From the NCBI GenBank assembly GCA_973851085.1, contig OZ316775.1, positions 22,134,001 to 22,198,000 on the forward strand: a stretch of DNA of 64,000 bases, read 5' to 3'. The position numbers and the translations under genes are program-made. Positions 41,801 through 54,320 of the stretch are shown here, in pieces. Within the stretch, counting starts at the first letter, position 1; each line of letters begins with the position of its first letter. This DNA is from Ptychomitrium polyphyllum. Taxonomy: Eukaryota. The notes beneath the pieces are model-generated. The model did not search any database. It was not told where the DNA came from and worked only from the letters and a program-made list of their open reading frames with translations.

Positions 41801-44691
41801 CAGATGCATGTAGGCAACACTAAGGCACATCAGGTTGAGACCAATGCCAGAAGCCCCCTTAGGAATGGGCTGAAGGAAGGTAAGTTGAGCACTGCGGAAA
41901 AGTGATGAGCTGGTATGCAGCTCCTTATTTCATGGCACTGCCCTTTATGCATCTTTTGGCCTCCACATCGACAACTATGCAATTTTTTATTTTTTCCTTC
42001 TTTGAAACTTTCAGCTTTAGAGTTTAGAATATGTGTGCTATGATATTTCTTAAGTTGCAAAGGGTTCTCTTACAATGAGTTGTGAGTTGGGTTGAACATG
42101 GAAACACGTCCTTAGAGTGCTTTAAACATGGAACTTACCAAATGCCATCTAGTATTTTAGAGTATCTTCATTGGGTTCTTACAATGTTTCAATGTGTTTC
42201 CAATACCACCAATTGACTGATGAAATTTTTGTATCTAAGAATGTGACTTGAAAAATTTGGTTGCAATTCAAAGATATTATGTGTTCTTTTACAAATACGT
42301 TTAAAATGATTAAAGATTTTTGTTTTTTCCTAAATTATATTGGTACCATCTTTATCTAAGAGTTGCTCTTATGAAATTTAAGTTTTTTCTACTAATTTTT
42401 TTAAAAAGATGAATAAAATTATCTTCACTAGGAACTAAACATCATATGCTTAAAAGACACAAAAGTACTTTAAAATGTATTTTGGTTTCAATTTGTATTT
42501 TAATCCAAAAGGTCATATCATACACTTTTGCTTGATTTCATTCATCCAAATATACATTTTCTTACTTTCTTACTTTCTTAGATACTTTCATCTATTTTTT
42601 TTGCAATGGAAATCAATAGAATGTATTACAAATTGAGGTGCAATTATCATAACTATGCTCTCTAACTTTAATAATTTCAAAATATACAGTTGGGATTCTA
42701 ATGACTATAATAAGTTGAAACCTTGTAAGGGTTGAACCACATGGTAGTAAAACAGTTATAATCCAAGAAACATCAAACCAAATTTTCATAAAACCAATAC
42801 AAGACTGTAAAGTTACTGCCTTCTACAAAACCAATACAAGAGGTATTCTTTACTTTCCTTTTTATGGTAGACTTCAGAGCTGTCCTATTCCTTCCTTCTT
42901 CACCACATAGATGTCATACAACAATGTTTCATGTAGTCAAAGTCATATTCCAACCTAGGCACAGGCACTGGACATAGGCACACTAAGTACAAGAAACAGA
43001 AAGTTGGGCTCTGGTCCCTGAAGGGACCAGATGCCAACTCGTGGTTAATACTGGCAAATTCTTTTTTCATGCAAACCCCTCATCAATGAATTTTTCTACT
43101 GCTACAATACAGTGTTATGTGGTCAGGCTACAATCCTAGTAGAACTCTGATTACAGTAGAAGTTGGAACTGGGAGGTAACTTAGCCCTAGCTATCCATGC
43201 ATTCCTATAAGACAACAGGTCTAAATCCTGATTGAAGTTGGTGCAACTCCAAAAAAACTTGTCATCACACTAGGAGGAAAATAAAATAATTTTGAAAGGA
43301 AAGTTCCCATGGAATCACCCACCTAGACATCCTTTTGAATTGAATTGCCTAGGGAATAGACCCTGGAGAAGTGGAACATGGTTGGAGAATTATCCCCCTT
43401 TCTAAAGAAAACGTCTGCTGTTTCCTGCCATGATCGCCACTTGACCACCACGAGTTACACTTTCTGTTGACCACAGTATAAAAATCTTTTGGTTTGCTCA
43501 AGCTTGTGTGTAATCCACAGCAGTACGCAGCAATAGCAGGTGATAGGTCGGTAATCTGGGTATAATTGCTAACACCCTCACATCCTACCTCACACCTATA
43601 GTTTTTTACTGAGAGGTCATCAGGAACAGATTATTATACGCTACTTTCATATATCTCAACGTGTCTTTCACGATGAACAGTGCATTTCAGAGCCCAAGGA
43701 AGGCAGAAGGAAACACACCACAGTGAGAGACTTTGGCCACATTCAGTGATAAATCCATCATATATCCTTTTCCCCAAAACCATACGCTCTTGGAGATAAT
43801 GTAACAGCCCTTCAATCGCCTTCAAAAACAACAGTGTCATTCTGTAAGCATTGTTCGCCCTGGGGGCCCACATGAATATCAATTAATCATTTCAATTCAC
43901 CATTAGACCAAGACGGTTCACTGTACTTCACCTGAAGAGAATCAACGTCCACACCCAAATGCCAACAAATACTAGTCTATAGCCCTGTCAACTTATGAGA
44001 TGTTTGACAATTTGGACGTGTTATCTAAACTCTGTCAATATACTCTTGGCTCCAGAATGATTCAATACTTCACAAAACCCGGAATAGAATGAGTCTGCTG
44101 GGGAGAATACTCTAAAATCAAAATTCTCATTCAATTGATGGAGTAACCAGAATGGTACAAAGGCTTTGAACAACAAACCTACCTAGAGTGCTGTAATTAA
44201 GTCTGCATGTGAGCACAATCTTACCAAAAGCTGCCTCAAAAGAACTCATTCACAAAGTGGCAAGCAGCAGCAGCATATACGACAGCGTATGTACATAAGA
44301 GGTGAACTATGCTCTTGATCAATATAGCTGGTCAGAGTTTCCCCTCGTGTTGAACTCTTTCCATTCAAATGGGGTACGAGCTGGCTGGGGTAGAACACTA
44401 GTATGGTGACCAAAATATAGAAACGCAAAGCAGTTGGTCTATTACTGATTGTTTGAGACCATAAAGAAATAGCACCTCCGGTACATGGTACTAATTGTAC
44501 TTTCATGGGCGCCGCCTTGCCGAACCCTACGAGGACCCAAGCAAAGAAAATCATCGCAAAATCAGTCACCGCAGAGGAGCTAACTCGAAATACTGCTCCA
44601 TGAAGGGAGAAACGAACTCTCAGAAATCCCTCCCCCACTCGCTACAGAGATGGAAGTGAAAGTTGATAATGCCGCCATGCTGATTCATCCC

Positions 44692-46428
44692 TCACAAGTG
44701 GAGCTCCGTGTCAACATCGTCGTGCATCAAGTCCGTTATCTCTTGACTGCGTCGGTAAGTATCATTGAAAAGCAAGCTTTTCGTCACCACAGCCTCCGAT
44801 GCTGGGTTCAGGTTCGAGCTCGGTCGCGTAAACGTACTGAAAGCTGATTTTGAACTCTGGGGCAACATGTGAAAATTGTTGCTAAATGGCATCTGCACAC
44901 AAAAATCAACCAATCGACTTGTGAGATCATCACAATTTCGAAAATGAATCCAAACATAATGATTCAGTTTCAAGGGCTCAACCAAACACAAAAAAGATTG
45001 CTGGTGAAGCTTTACCTGAGATGCACTGGAAACAGATGATTGAACTAGCGATGGTTGAGGGATGTGAGCAGACACGCGCCCTGAGAAATTATCCAGACTC
45101 ATTTCCGAGTCAACACTTCTGTAATGGTCAGGAACGGTCTTGATCTCCACCGAATGCCCACCCGTCTTGTCACACCTTGAAGAAACACCGACGGATCCAC
45201 CCAACAGTGCCATATCCGGAGCAGGGGGGCCGTTCAGCTGAAAGGTATTGTACGATGCTTGCGGTGGCACAGCAAAGTCTGGGACACGGTGCTGTAACGT
45301 CGACTGATAGTCCACCACTTTCGGTGCCGGGTGTTGGAACTGCTGCTGCCCTTGTTGCGTCATGTACGCAAGAGGCGCAACGTTCCCCATCTCTGAGATG
45401 CTCGGAGGTCCCGCATTGACGTGATTCCAGCTTGCCCCTGCCTCAGCTACAGCAGGTCTCACATCTTGAGTAGGCCGCCAGCTTATCTCCTGTTTGGCGG
45501 AGTAAAACTGATCCGGGGCCTCAGGCAAGCTAGGCGGGGTCATCACTTGGGTTTGAAGCGGCGGTTGATGTTGCTGGAACGAGTAGAAGCCACCAGAGGA
45601 GGGAACGAAGTGACGAGATTCTGGGTAGGCCGCGGACGAGACTGGTGGCTGTGGTTGCATGGAGTTTCCGTGCTGGGGCTGGACCGACATGGACCACTGG
45701 GTAGGGTAGATCTGCCCTTGCTGAGGTTGGCTGGCGGATTTCTGCATCTCAGCTTTGTGCCTCTCCAACTGCGCAAACTTCTGTTGGAGAAGAGCGATGC
45801 TGGATGGCTCGTTAGGAGTCTCTTGCCCCTGATGTTGTTGCTGGTGAGCAACGCTGGCAGCTGTGAGAGCACGAGCATTCCATTCAGCCTGCTCTCGGTC
45901 GCTTCTACTAAGCGCTTGCTCTTGTTCCCCTCTGTTGTAAGCTTGTCTGAGTTGATCGAGCATGGCGAGCGAGGGTTGCGACTGCTGCTTGGGCTTGGGA
46001 GCCATACCTGCAACGAAAGCGTTTTCCAAACTAAGAAAACTACACAAGCAGTGCGAGAATTGCCCAAAGGAAATCGTACTAGTGACTCTCCGAGAACTAC
46101 TCAATCATAGCTTCTTGCACAGGGTGTAGAAGTGCACGAAGCAAGGGCAAGTGCTTGAGGGTAGAAAATTGTTTCTGAAAGAGAAAGAAACCGCTATGGA
46201 CTAATCACAAACGCTACCTGTGCTTCTCAAAGTGTTGAGCAGCTGCGCTTGCAACATGGTCTGGTCATGCTGTGACAATTCGCTGTTGAGAGGAAGCTGG
46301 CCTTGCAGGAAAAGTTGTTCGAAGTTCAGCGGTGTTGTTGGGCTTCCAATGTGGCCAAACGGGCTATGAGACCTGCTCTTATTCGTCTGGTGACGTTGCT
46401 CGAAATCGTTCATCATCACGACGTCCAT
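44692..46428 (-). CDS. Uncharacterised ~467-aa Q/P/S-rich protein with an SSIALLQxxFxQL coiled segment and a C-terminal DVDTELHL (EAR-like) motif. Exons 46428-46218, 46007-45016, 44892-44692.
   Basis: Three GT-AG exons join in frame (1,404 nt). The two motifs resemble a land-plant uncharacterised family (SSIALLQERFRQL ... DVDTSLHL) as I recall it. Confidence 0.75.
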
Positions 46429-48619
46429 ACCTACACCCAGAAGAACGATGCTGCTGGTAAGTGAGAGTTACTATCTGAGCAGAAAGGCGTGGAGACACCT
46501 GTGTGAAGAGAAAACTCAACACTCAATAATTCCACTCCCAATTGTCCACCAGAAAAAGATCCTACTCACTTCAAGGCTTCCTTTCATCGCTACTTAATTC
46601 AAGTCTCCAAGAGCACTCCTAATCTAACCACTCCATATCCGTTCTCAGGACTAAACCAGGCTCACGAGAACAGTAAGGATCTTATAGTTGCCATAGCACT
46701 CAACCATATCTTACACTCCATGAATTTCTGTAACAAGGTGGGAAGCTTCTAGGTTCGTGGTTAAGAAGGATTAAGCGGGGACTGAAGCTCTACAGTCCTG
46801 GAAGACGTCGTAACTAGCACGGATATCGTGGCAACAAACAACTGATAGACAAGGAAATGATACAGGATTTGGGTCATGGTGGCCCATACGAGCGATCACG
46901 GAGAATCTGTTTCAAGCTTTAAATGCATCCGTAGAGTACTAGACGGCCCATCATGATCACCTTTAGAACTCGATTTAGTAGTTCCAGCAGGCGGTGATTT
47001 CCGAGATGGCTGTCCGGGTCGGATTGTCATCCTCCCTCCAGTTCGTAATTTCTGTATGCTTGCAAGAAGGGTATCACACAATCCAAGAAGTGAGCCAGAC
47101 TCGGTCTTGCGGTTTTTACCTCCAGATCTCTTCCTACCTCCCACGGATAACGAACTCTCTCACAACGGGACAACAACCTGCATCCAAAGGGCAACTGAGT
47201 AAGCATCCTAAGTCAGAAATCTCAAGATAGTTTGTGAATTCAAGAGCACAAGGAAGATAACAGCCAGCTGAGTCCGGAACGAACGGATCTGTTTTCTTCG
47301 AAGTTGCAAATATCCACGGAGTTCAAGGAAGTCCTATGAATACTGTGAAACTCACGCACAAGTGCTGCGCAACTGAAGCCCACTCTTCACCTCGAAACAG
47401 ATCTGAAAACAGAAAGTCAAGTTGCTCAAGCGACCTCTAAACAAAAGGGCGTTCTGGTCGTTATCCTCAACGCAAATGCACACTGCGCACAGATCTGGTG
47501 GCGCGAAGAAAAGATCACGAAGTTTACCCACTGTGACGGTTCGGTCAAAGGATCTTCTTGTCAATACTCTAGGTAGAATTGTGTGAGTATGCTCCTCCTG
47601 GGCATCGACATTAAGAGATTGTGGGTGGATGGTGCATCCTTGCAAGCATCAGAGACTTGCTTCGTTGTAACAGGGAGGAAGAGCGCGTTAACTCCATGTT
47701 AGAAGTACAATTTCGGACACCAAAGATAGAGTGTAGTTCTACAGTCGAAACAATTTGTCGTGCCTTCAACTTCCCATTGGATTTGTCAGATCCTCTTCGA
47801 TAGCAATAAAATCGCTTAAACTACCATATCTCTATTCCTGTTTGCGGAAATGGCTATCAGTCACAGTTACGACCAGGGGACATCGGTGAGCTAAAACACA
47901 TCAACTACAAGAGGTGTCACTGATAAGCTTAAGCGTCGTGACTACCAATGGTCGGATTTGTCACAAGTCAAGATACCCACTTCGAAAGGAATCGCAACAG
48001 TCGTCGATACGAAGTTCGATGCCAAATTCCACGGCTCACTCCTCCAGAAAGGATACCAAACTACTCGTTCTTCCAGCACATTCACAAAACTCTCAAGTTC
48101 GCGCTCAACTGCACGAACTCCCACACCACCTTCAACTAACAATAGAAACTACAAGACGTAGAAAGAGAAGAAAATCGCATCCGTGACGTAAAAACGCGCT
48201 GAAACTCAAATCCACCTCCAAACGCTCGAGAAACGCCTACAACATTCAATCAAAGCGTTCCAACAGCTACAGATCACTCTTCACCAGGTTGAGACCCTCA
48301 ACGAAAAATTTGAAAATAAGCACCAACTCCGCTCAAAACTCTCAACAGAAAAGGCCGAGCTTTCAGTCCTGCAAACACCTGCCATGCAACCCACTGGAAT
48401 CCACACACAAACTGCCATCTTTCTTGCAAGGAGAATAAGTACTCCATAACCAGCCAAACCTTACCATGTGCTCCCTGCAAACTAGCAACTCCCAGTTCGA
48501 TGCCAAAACTGCAAACTTGATGGCTCCAAGTTCTCCACAAAGAAACACCCAAGTGAGAGACAGTTGGGGAGCGATGGCTTGCTCAAGTGGGAGCGAGCAG
48601 GCAATCTGGGCGTGATGGT

Positions 48620-48664
48620 GGAGGGAGGGGGCCGGGGGGGGGGGGTGGGGGGGGCAGGGGGGGG
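48620..48664 (+). promoter_or_regulatory. G-rich tract with G-quadruplex potential, upstream of the 44692-46428 gene
   Basis: GGAGGGAGGGGGCCGGGGGGGGGGGGTGGGGGGGGCAGGGGGGGG has at least four G runs with 1-2-nt loops. A regulatory role is inferred only. Confidence 0.5.
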
Positions 48665-51600
48665 TTCAAGGAGCCTAGAGGAGAGAGGGTAATGGCAGGA
48701 TGGTGTGGCAGATAGAAGGGTAGGTGGGATTTGAGAGACGGAGGGGATGGGATTGCTGCAAAAGGGCCAGACTAGAACAGGGGGCGCTGCAGTATAAGTA
48801 TGACAATATAAAAACGTAAGAGTGAGTGACTCCTCGCTCTGAGGAAACTTTGCATTATCTGATAGTCCACAATGGAAGTTTGTATTTAGTAACTCGTCTG
48901 CGCTGCAGCATGGGCCAGGCAGTCTGGAAAAGGGCGCCTCTGGCCCCTTTCTGACCTGGCCTGTCCTCTCCCCCTTTTCCGAACCCCATGTTCTTACCAA
49001 TCTCCTTTTCCGGTTCCCTCTCTGACATCAGGCTACTCCTAATGGCCTATTCGAATTAAAGAATGACAAAGTTAAAATCGATAATAATTAAAATATGATC
49101 ATGGGACAGAAAATCCAGCCTGCTAGAGTGCTCCGGCGCTGACGACTTCAAGATATGTATTATAAAGTCATTGAGTTATATTCTTTGCCCCAAACGATTG
49201 CATAAGAATGATGTTTTGTTTCAAAGTTATTTGTTGCAGGTAAGTACAGTACTGTAGCTTGTACGTTAGTAAGAAGAAGGCTGGTTTCTGGGTTTTCAAG
49301 GAAGGCTGTTGCTATAACCACTATCATATGAGATCAGTTAGAGAGTTTGTGGCTTTGTTTCACTTTCTTAGGGATGAGAAAACAAAACATTTTGTTTACA
49401 GCCTTGGTGGGTGAATGTGGGAGTAAGTTCAAGGGGACAGTAGAAAGAGACAACAACAGTGCTGTGCCTCCAGGCCGTGGACGAGTCTCAAGAGATGTCT
49501 CCCTTGTTTTATGGCATGATGGGTGCAAGTGAAAGTTGGACTTCTGGAGGCACCAGTCCTGTCATTCATTGTCCTTTTTCCACAAAGAATGCAGTAGATT
49601 GTCATGACTTACAAGTAGCCTTCCTGCTTTTAGTTTCATCTGTGTGACCACAGATTTTGAACCAGATTCAGTACCAGTCATAACCAAGCATTGAGAATGT
49701 ATGTACAAGCAAGTCACTTCCTCTTGAAATGATGTTACTTACAGAGTAAGGGAGTTGAAAGCATGAAGCTTTATTATACATCATGGGGTATGAATCTTCA
49801 TTACTGTACAGTGCTGCCCTCAACTCAGGGCTAGATTCATCCAGCAGTCCAGAAGCTGGTTATAGCTGTGCATCCAAAGAGCCTGCAGTTTCAGGGGGTA
49901 AGAACAGGTGGCTACATCAAAAATGCAAATTTAACCATATTGACATTCATTGAAGGGGCCATCCAAAGGCAAAATAAAATACCCTGTAGTCAACGGTGGC
50001 ATGTCCTACTTCAAAGAAAATGCTTGACTTCTTAGTTGATTGCATTTTATTTATTTCATGTAAAAACCTAAACATCTTCTTCCACTTATTTACAGGTTTT
50101 TAATTTGTTTATGTTCTTCAATCATGTTTAATACAATATGGTGAGGTTTCAAGAGTTGCTTATTTCATAAGCATAATCATCTTTTTGAAAATACTTTTTG
50201 AATACCAATTTTTTTTGTCATCATAAGTTTGTGGAGTTAAAAGAACATATTCTTAATTTGTGCTAATTATAAAATCATAGTTAGCATAAAATTCTTAACA
50301 TTTGTTCTATGATGTTATGTTTATGAACTGGTTTATATTAAACAACTTTTAGATTGAACCTCAAGATAGAAGTGATATATTTTTTGAAGGATGATACCAT
50401 AATTATCAAGATATTTTACACCAAATAAAAAAGGTTTTATTGGATTGTTTCCTAAAATTTAGATATGAATTTAAATAGAAGTGATTTGATTTATGATAAG
50501 AATGTTAAAGAAATACTATTAATATAAATGCCAAAGTTCCACAAAGAATAAAAGTTGAATTTTTTTTTCTAAATTTTTTGGTGTTTTTAATTTTTTAACT
50601 TGCTAGTTTTAGGATATATAATCCAAAGCTAAATTTTGTTCTTAGTTTTTAGAATTTACAATCTCTTTGAGGTTTTAAATATCTTTAAGTTTTTTGAAAC
50701 ATTGTCTATCATTGCAATAATTTTTAAATGGATCCTTCATTGATAAAAAGTGTTTAAATAGAACTTATGTTTTGGTCTGTTTAATCCAATCAAAGAGTAC
50801 TAGTGCCTTGAACTAATAAAAATATATTTCAAAAAGATTGTGATAGATAAAAAAAACCATTTTCTAAACTCATTTCACCAACAAACATTATAGTCTTAGA
50901 AATCAATTATTTTCTATTCTTTTTAGCCCAAATATCAAAAAGTCACAACATACATGTTGCATATTGTAGGCATTTCAATTACAATTATTTTAATTGCTAT
51001 TCAACAAATTTTTGAAAAAACATAATTCCTTAATATATGATCTTATAACACATATTCTAATGTGTCAAGATTGGTTTGAAAACTCAAATTTTTAATTTAA
51101 GTATGGATGTTTGGAGGTACAAAAATAATAACACATTTGTAAGCAATTAATAAAGAATAATAAATTAATCAAAATTGTTAAAAGCACAAATTGAAAAATT
51201 AAGAGAAAATTAATAAAAATATAAACTTGAAATTACTAAAATATATTTTTAAGCTAAAAAGAAGTCCAAATATAAACTATTAAGTTAACACTAAATAAGA
51301 TGATGATTTTGGTTTCAAAAATTAAATTTAGAAGTATAACTTTTAAATTAGTGGTCAACCAAAATTTTCTTCTTAAACTCAAAAAAGATAAAAAATTCTC
51401 CAAGACGTTTATAATTAATTGAATCTTTTGTAAAAGTATCATTAGTTTATTCATAGGAAATATATTTAGTAAATGTTTTTTGTGAGTTTTAATATAGATA
51501 CTCTATGGTCCAAAAATATGATAATCAAAGAATTGGCAAATCTATATAAGTCTTGTAGCACTTTTCAACACCTTCTTAGACTATCATTTTCAATTAGAGA

Positions 51601-54248
51601 TTGAAAACAACAACAAGATATACATGATAATAGAATTATCCTTTAATAAAAAAACCTCAAGCATTTTTTGAAAAAAATTCATGTGTTGATAGCTATTTTT
51701 TGAATAATAAGAATTTTTTGAAAACTAAAAATTACTCCTTCTTCAAATATTCGAGGATTTTTTATTATGTTTTGGACAATGTTAAGGACAAACCCATGTT
51801 TATACTCATTGTGTGCGTTAAGGGGGAGGCTCCAAGGATTGTTAGCACAATATTGTCTGAGGGGTGGGCTTGGTTGCCAAATGATTAGCGGACAAAGGTA
51901 AACAACGCCATTGTGTTTTTGATTCCGCTCAAACTATAACAGCCAGTCAGAAGAGTGAAAACCTTTGGAAATTCATGCAATATATGAGGCGTTTTCTCAT
52001 AGATTAGAAAAAGAGGATCATATTGGAACCTATAGTAGGATCGTATTCTGAAAAGGACAGTCTCTGACTCTCCTCCATTGTTTTGCTATGCCATGTTCTC
52101 TTCAAATATACAGGCTTGTACTAAAGGAGACTGACACAATAAATGAAGAAACACTCACATTGAAGGCAGCGGGAACCGAAATTGAGCATCTCATAGGCGA
52201 GAAAGAGGCCGGGAAATGAGGGCCCACCTTCAGAGTTACTACAAATGCCAGGAAGGTTTGACGGTCCCTCTGATTGACTTGCTAAGTTCCATCCATTTTA
52301 AAAATTCCCCCAAGCGAGCTCTGTGCCCACATGCTATAAATATTTCTCACTCGTTTAGGAAGGAACACCGCTACAACTTACCAAATCCTGACTTCCTCTC
52401 TGACACCACACTTCTAATCCTCAGCTTTCTTGACCTTTCTAAATTAGAGCTGCATTCGACTCATGGACCCCACCTCCAGTCTCTTCATTGGACACCGCAT
52501 GGGATATATTTAGTCTCCTAATTCACAAGTTCTTTCTTATTCCAGCATTCCAAATTCCTTGTGCTTTCCCTCGCTGCCACGATCGCCCTAAACTCTGGCA
52601 AAAGCTTGAATTTGATAAGGACCTGGACAGAAAACCAGCCAAAATTCAGTGACCTTCTCTTTATTTGCAGAGAGACGAAAATGGACTGTATAACCGGCTA
52701 GGGTACCGTCCATGCCTAGTTATGCAACATAACCTGCTTCATGTACTTGGTGCATCTTGGGATGTAAATACGAACAATGACTGGAACATATATTACTTAC
52801 TATCACATACAAGGAAGTAACAGTCCACAAGGAACTCAATTGAGTACGAGAAATAATACACACATGTCTGACCACTTACATGGTGCCGTGTCAGCAAGAG
52901 CCGCCTGGGATAGGTCATGGAGCAAACCAACAGCATGGCACAGCTTTCCACTTGGTTCACACCGTCGGCTTTCAACCCACTTTGTCAGGACCCGAAGCCT
53001 GCGTTTCCGGGAATTTCACGTAATGGCCGAATAAGAGCTGATTGAAATCCTTCCAGTTTCACCACTTTCATTTGTTTTAGACGCTTCCGGTTACTGTAGA
53101 ACTCCAATCCCTGGCATTGTATTGGCTTGCAGTGGCGCGGACCCTTGCTTCTCGTGGGAGAGGACAGCGAAAGTGCTTCTCGCCTTTGTCTTATGTAGTT
53201 CCACTCCGGCAAAGGCTGCCGCAACTCTCAACGAGTAGACGTTGGAGTGTAATGACAAGTACTTGGGAGGGCGAGGAGGCCTAGAAATCTGGGGCCTTGG
53301 CACTCACAAATGCTATTGCTTTTCTATTGTTGTGGAATCCTTTTTGGAAGATTGGCAACAGAAACTGTGATGCTGGAGGGGTTATTGGTTCTGGATAAAC
53401 AATCAATATGTTATGAGTTTAAAAAAAAATTATAGTGGCTTTTTGTAGCTCTTGGTTTCAAAATGGCACATGAAGAATCTTCTAGGGGCTCTTGATAGCT
53501 CAGTTTGATCATGTGTTTGATGCTGAAGAAGTTTTCTTTACATTGAATCAATTATATAAAAGTAATCAATACTCCATGGAATACTATCGTGGAAGTCATT
53601 GATTGTGATTTGATCTATTTTGATTTCACGGTGCTTTGATCATTGTTCAAACGTACAAAGCAAAATTTTGGATTTACCTTAACGGACTAAATTTCATATA
53701 CGGAGCCTTTATTCACCTTTGAAGTCCTTGCCTTTACATTCCACTTCTAATGAATGAGTTACTAATGGCAACTTTGGAAATAAATTTATTGACCTAATTA
53801 AGAGTAAAAGGAACAATTAAGCTTTTCTACAACAAAGAAGAACTTTCTCATTATATTGCACATATTTAAAGTATTGTTGACATATTTGAAATATTTTAAC
53901 ATGGTTTTTACTAATTTTGGAACTTTTAAAGAAGTTAAATTACTAAATTCTATTAGAAATGTAGTCATTCTATTGGCTTCAAAATTTGGACATCAAGACC
54001 AACTAATTAGTAAGAACAACAATTGAAATTTGAAGCCAATATATTAAACCATGACATTATTAAGTAGATTTATATACTAAAAAAGATCAAAATAATAAAT
54101 TTTATTCAAAATTCCATCTTAAGAAAAAATTAATATTGTTGTTTTTAAAATTATGATGTCAATTTATAAATATGACAAAGGGAATTTGAAAACGTGAATG
54201 TATTCAAAGTTTTCTTATAATATATAAATTAATATAATATGTATTTTG

Positions 54249-54320
54249 ATAAAAAAAAAAAAGCCACAATATATTTTATGATGTATAAAAAAAAAAAAGC
54301 CACAATATATTTTATGATGT
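54249..54320. repeat. Perfect 36-bp tandem duplication
   Basis: AT(A)12GCCACAATATATTTTATGATGT occurs twice, head-to-tail. Confidence 0.9.

Noticed and set aside
41320..41960. Exon-like fragments with splice-like signals (for example DGTSITVSYNIDIKCPESST on the minus strand)
   Set aside because: I could not join them into a reading frame or assign them to a family.
45421..46110. 229-aa plus-strand ORF
   Set aside because: Antisense shadow of the Q/P-rich exon.
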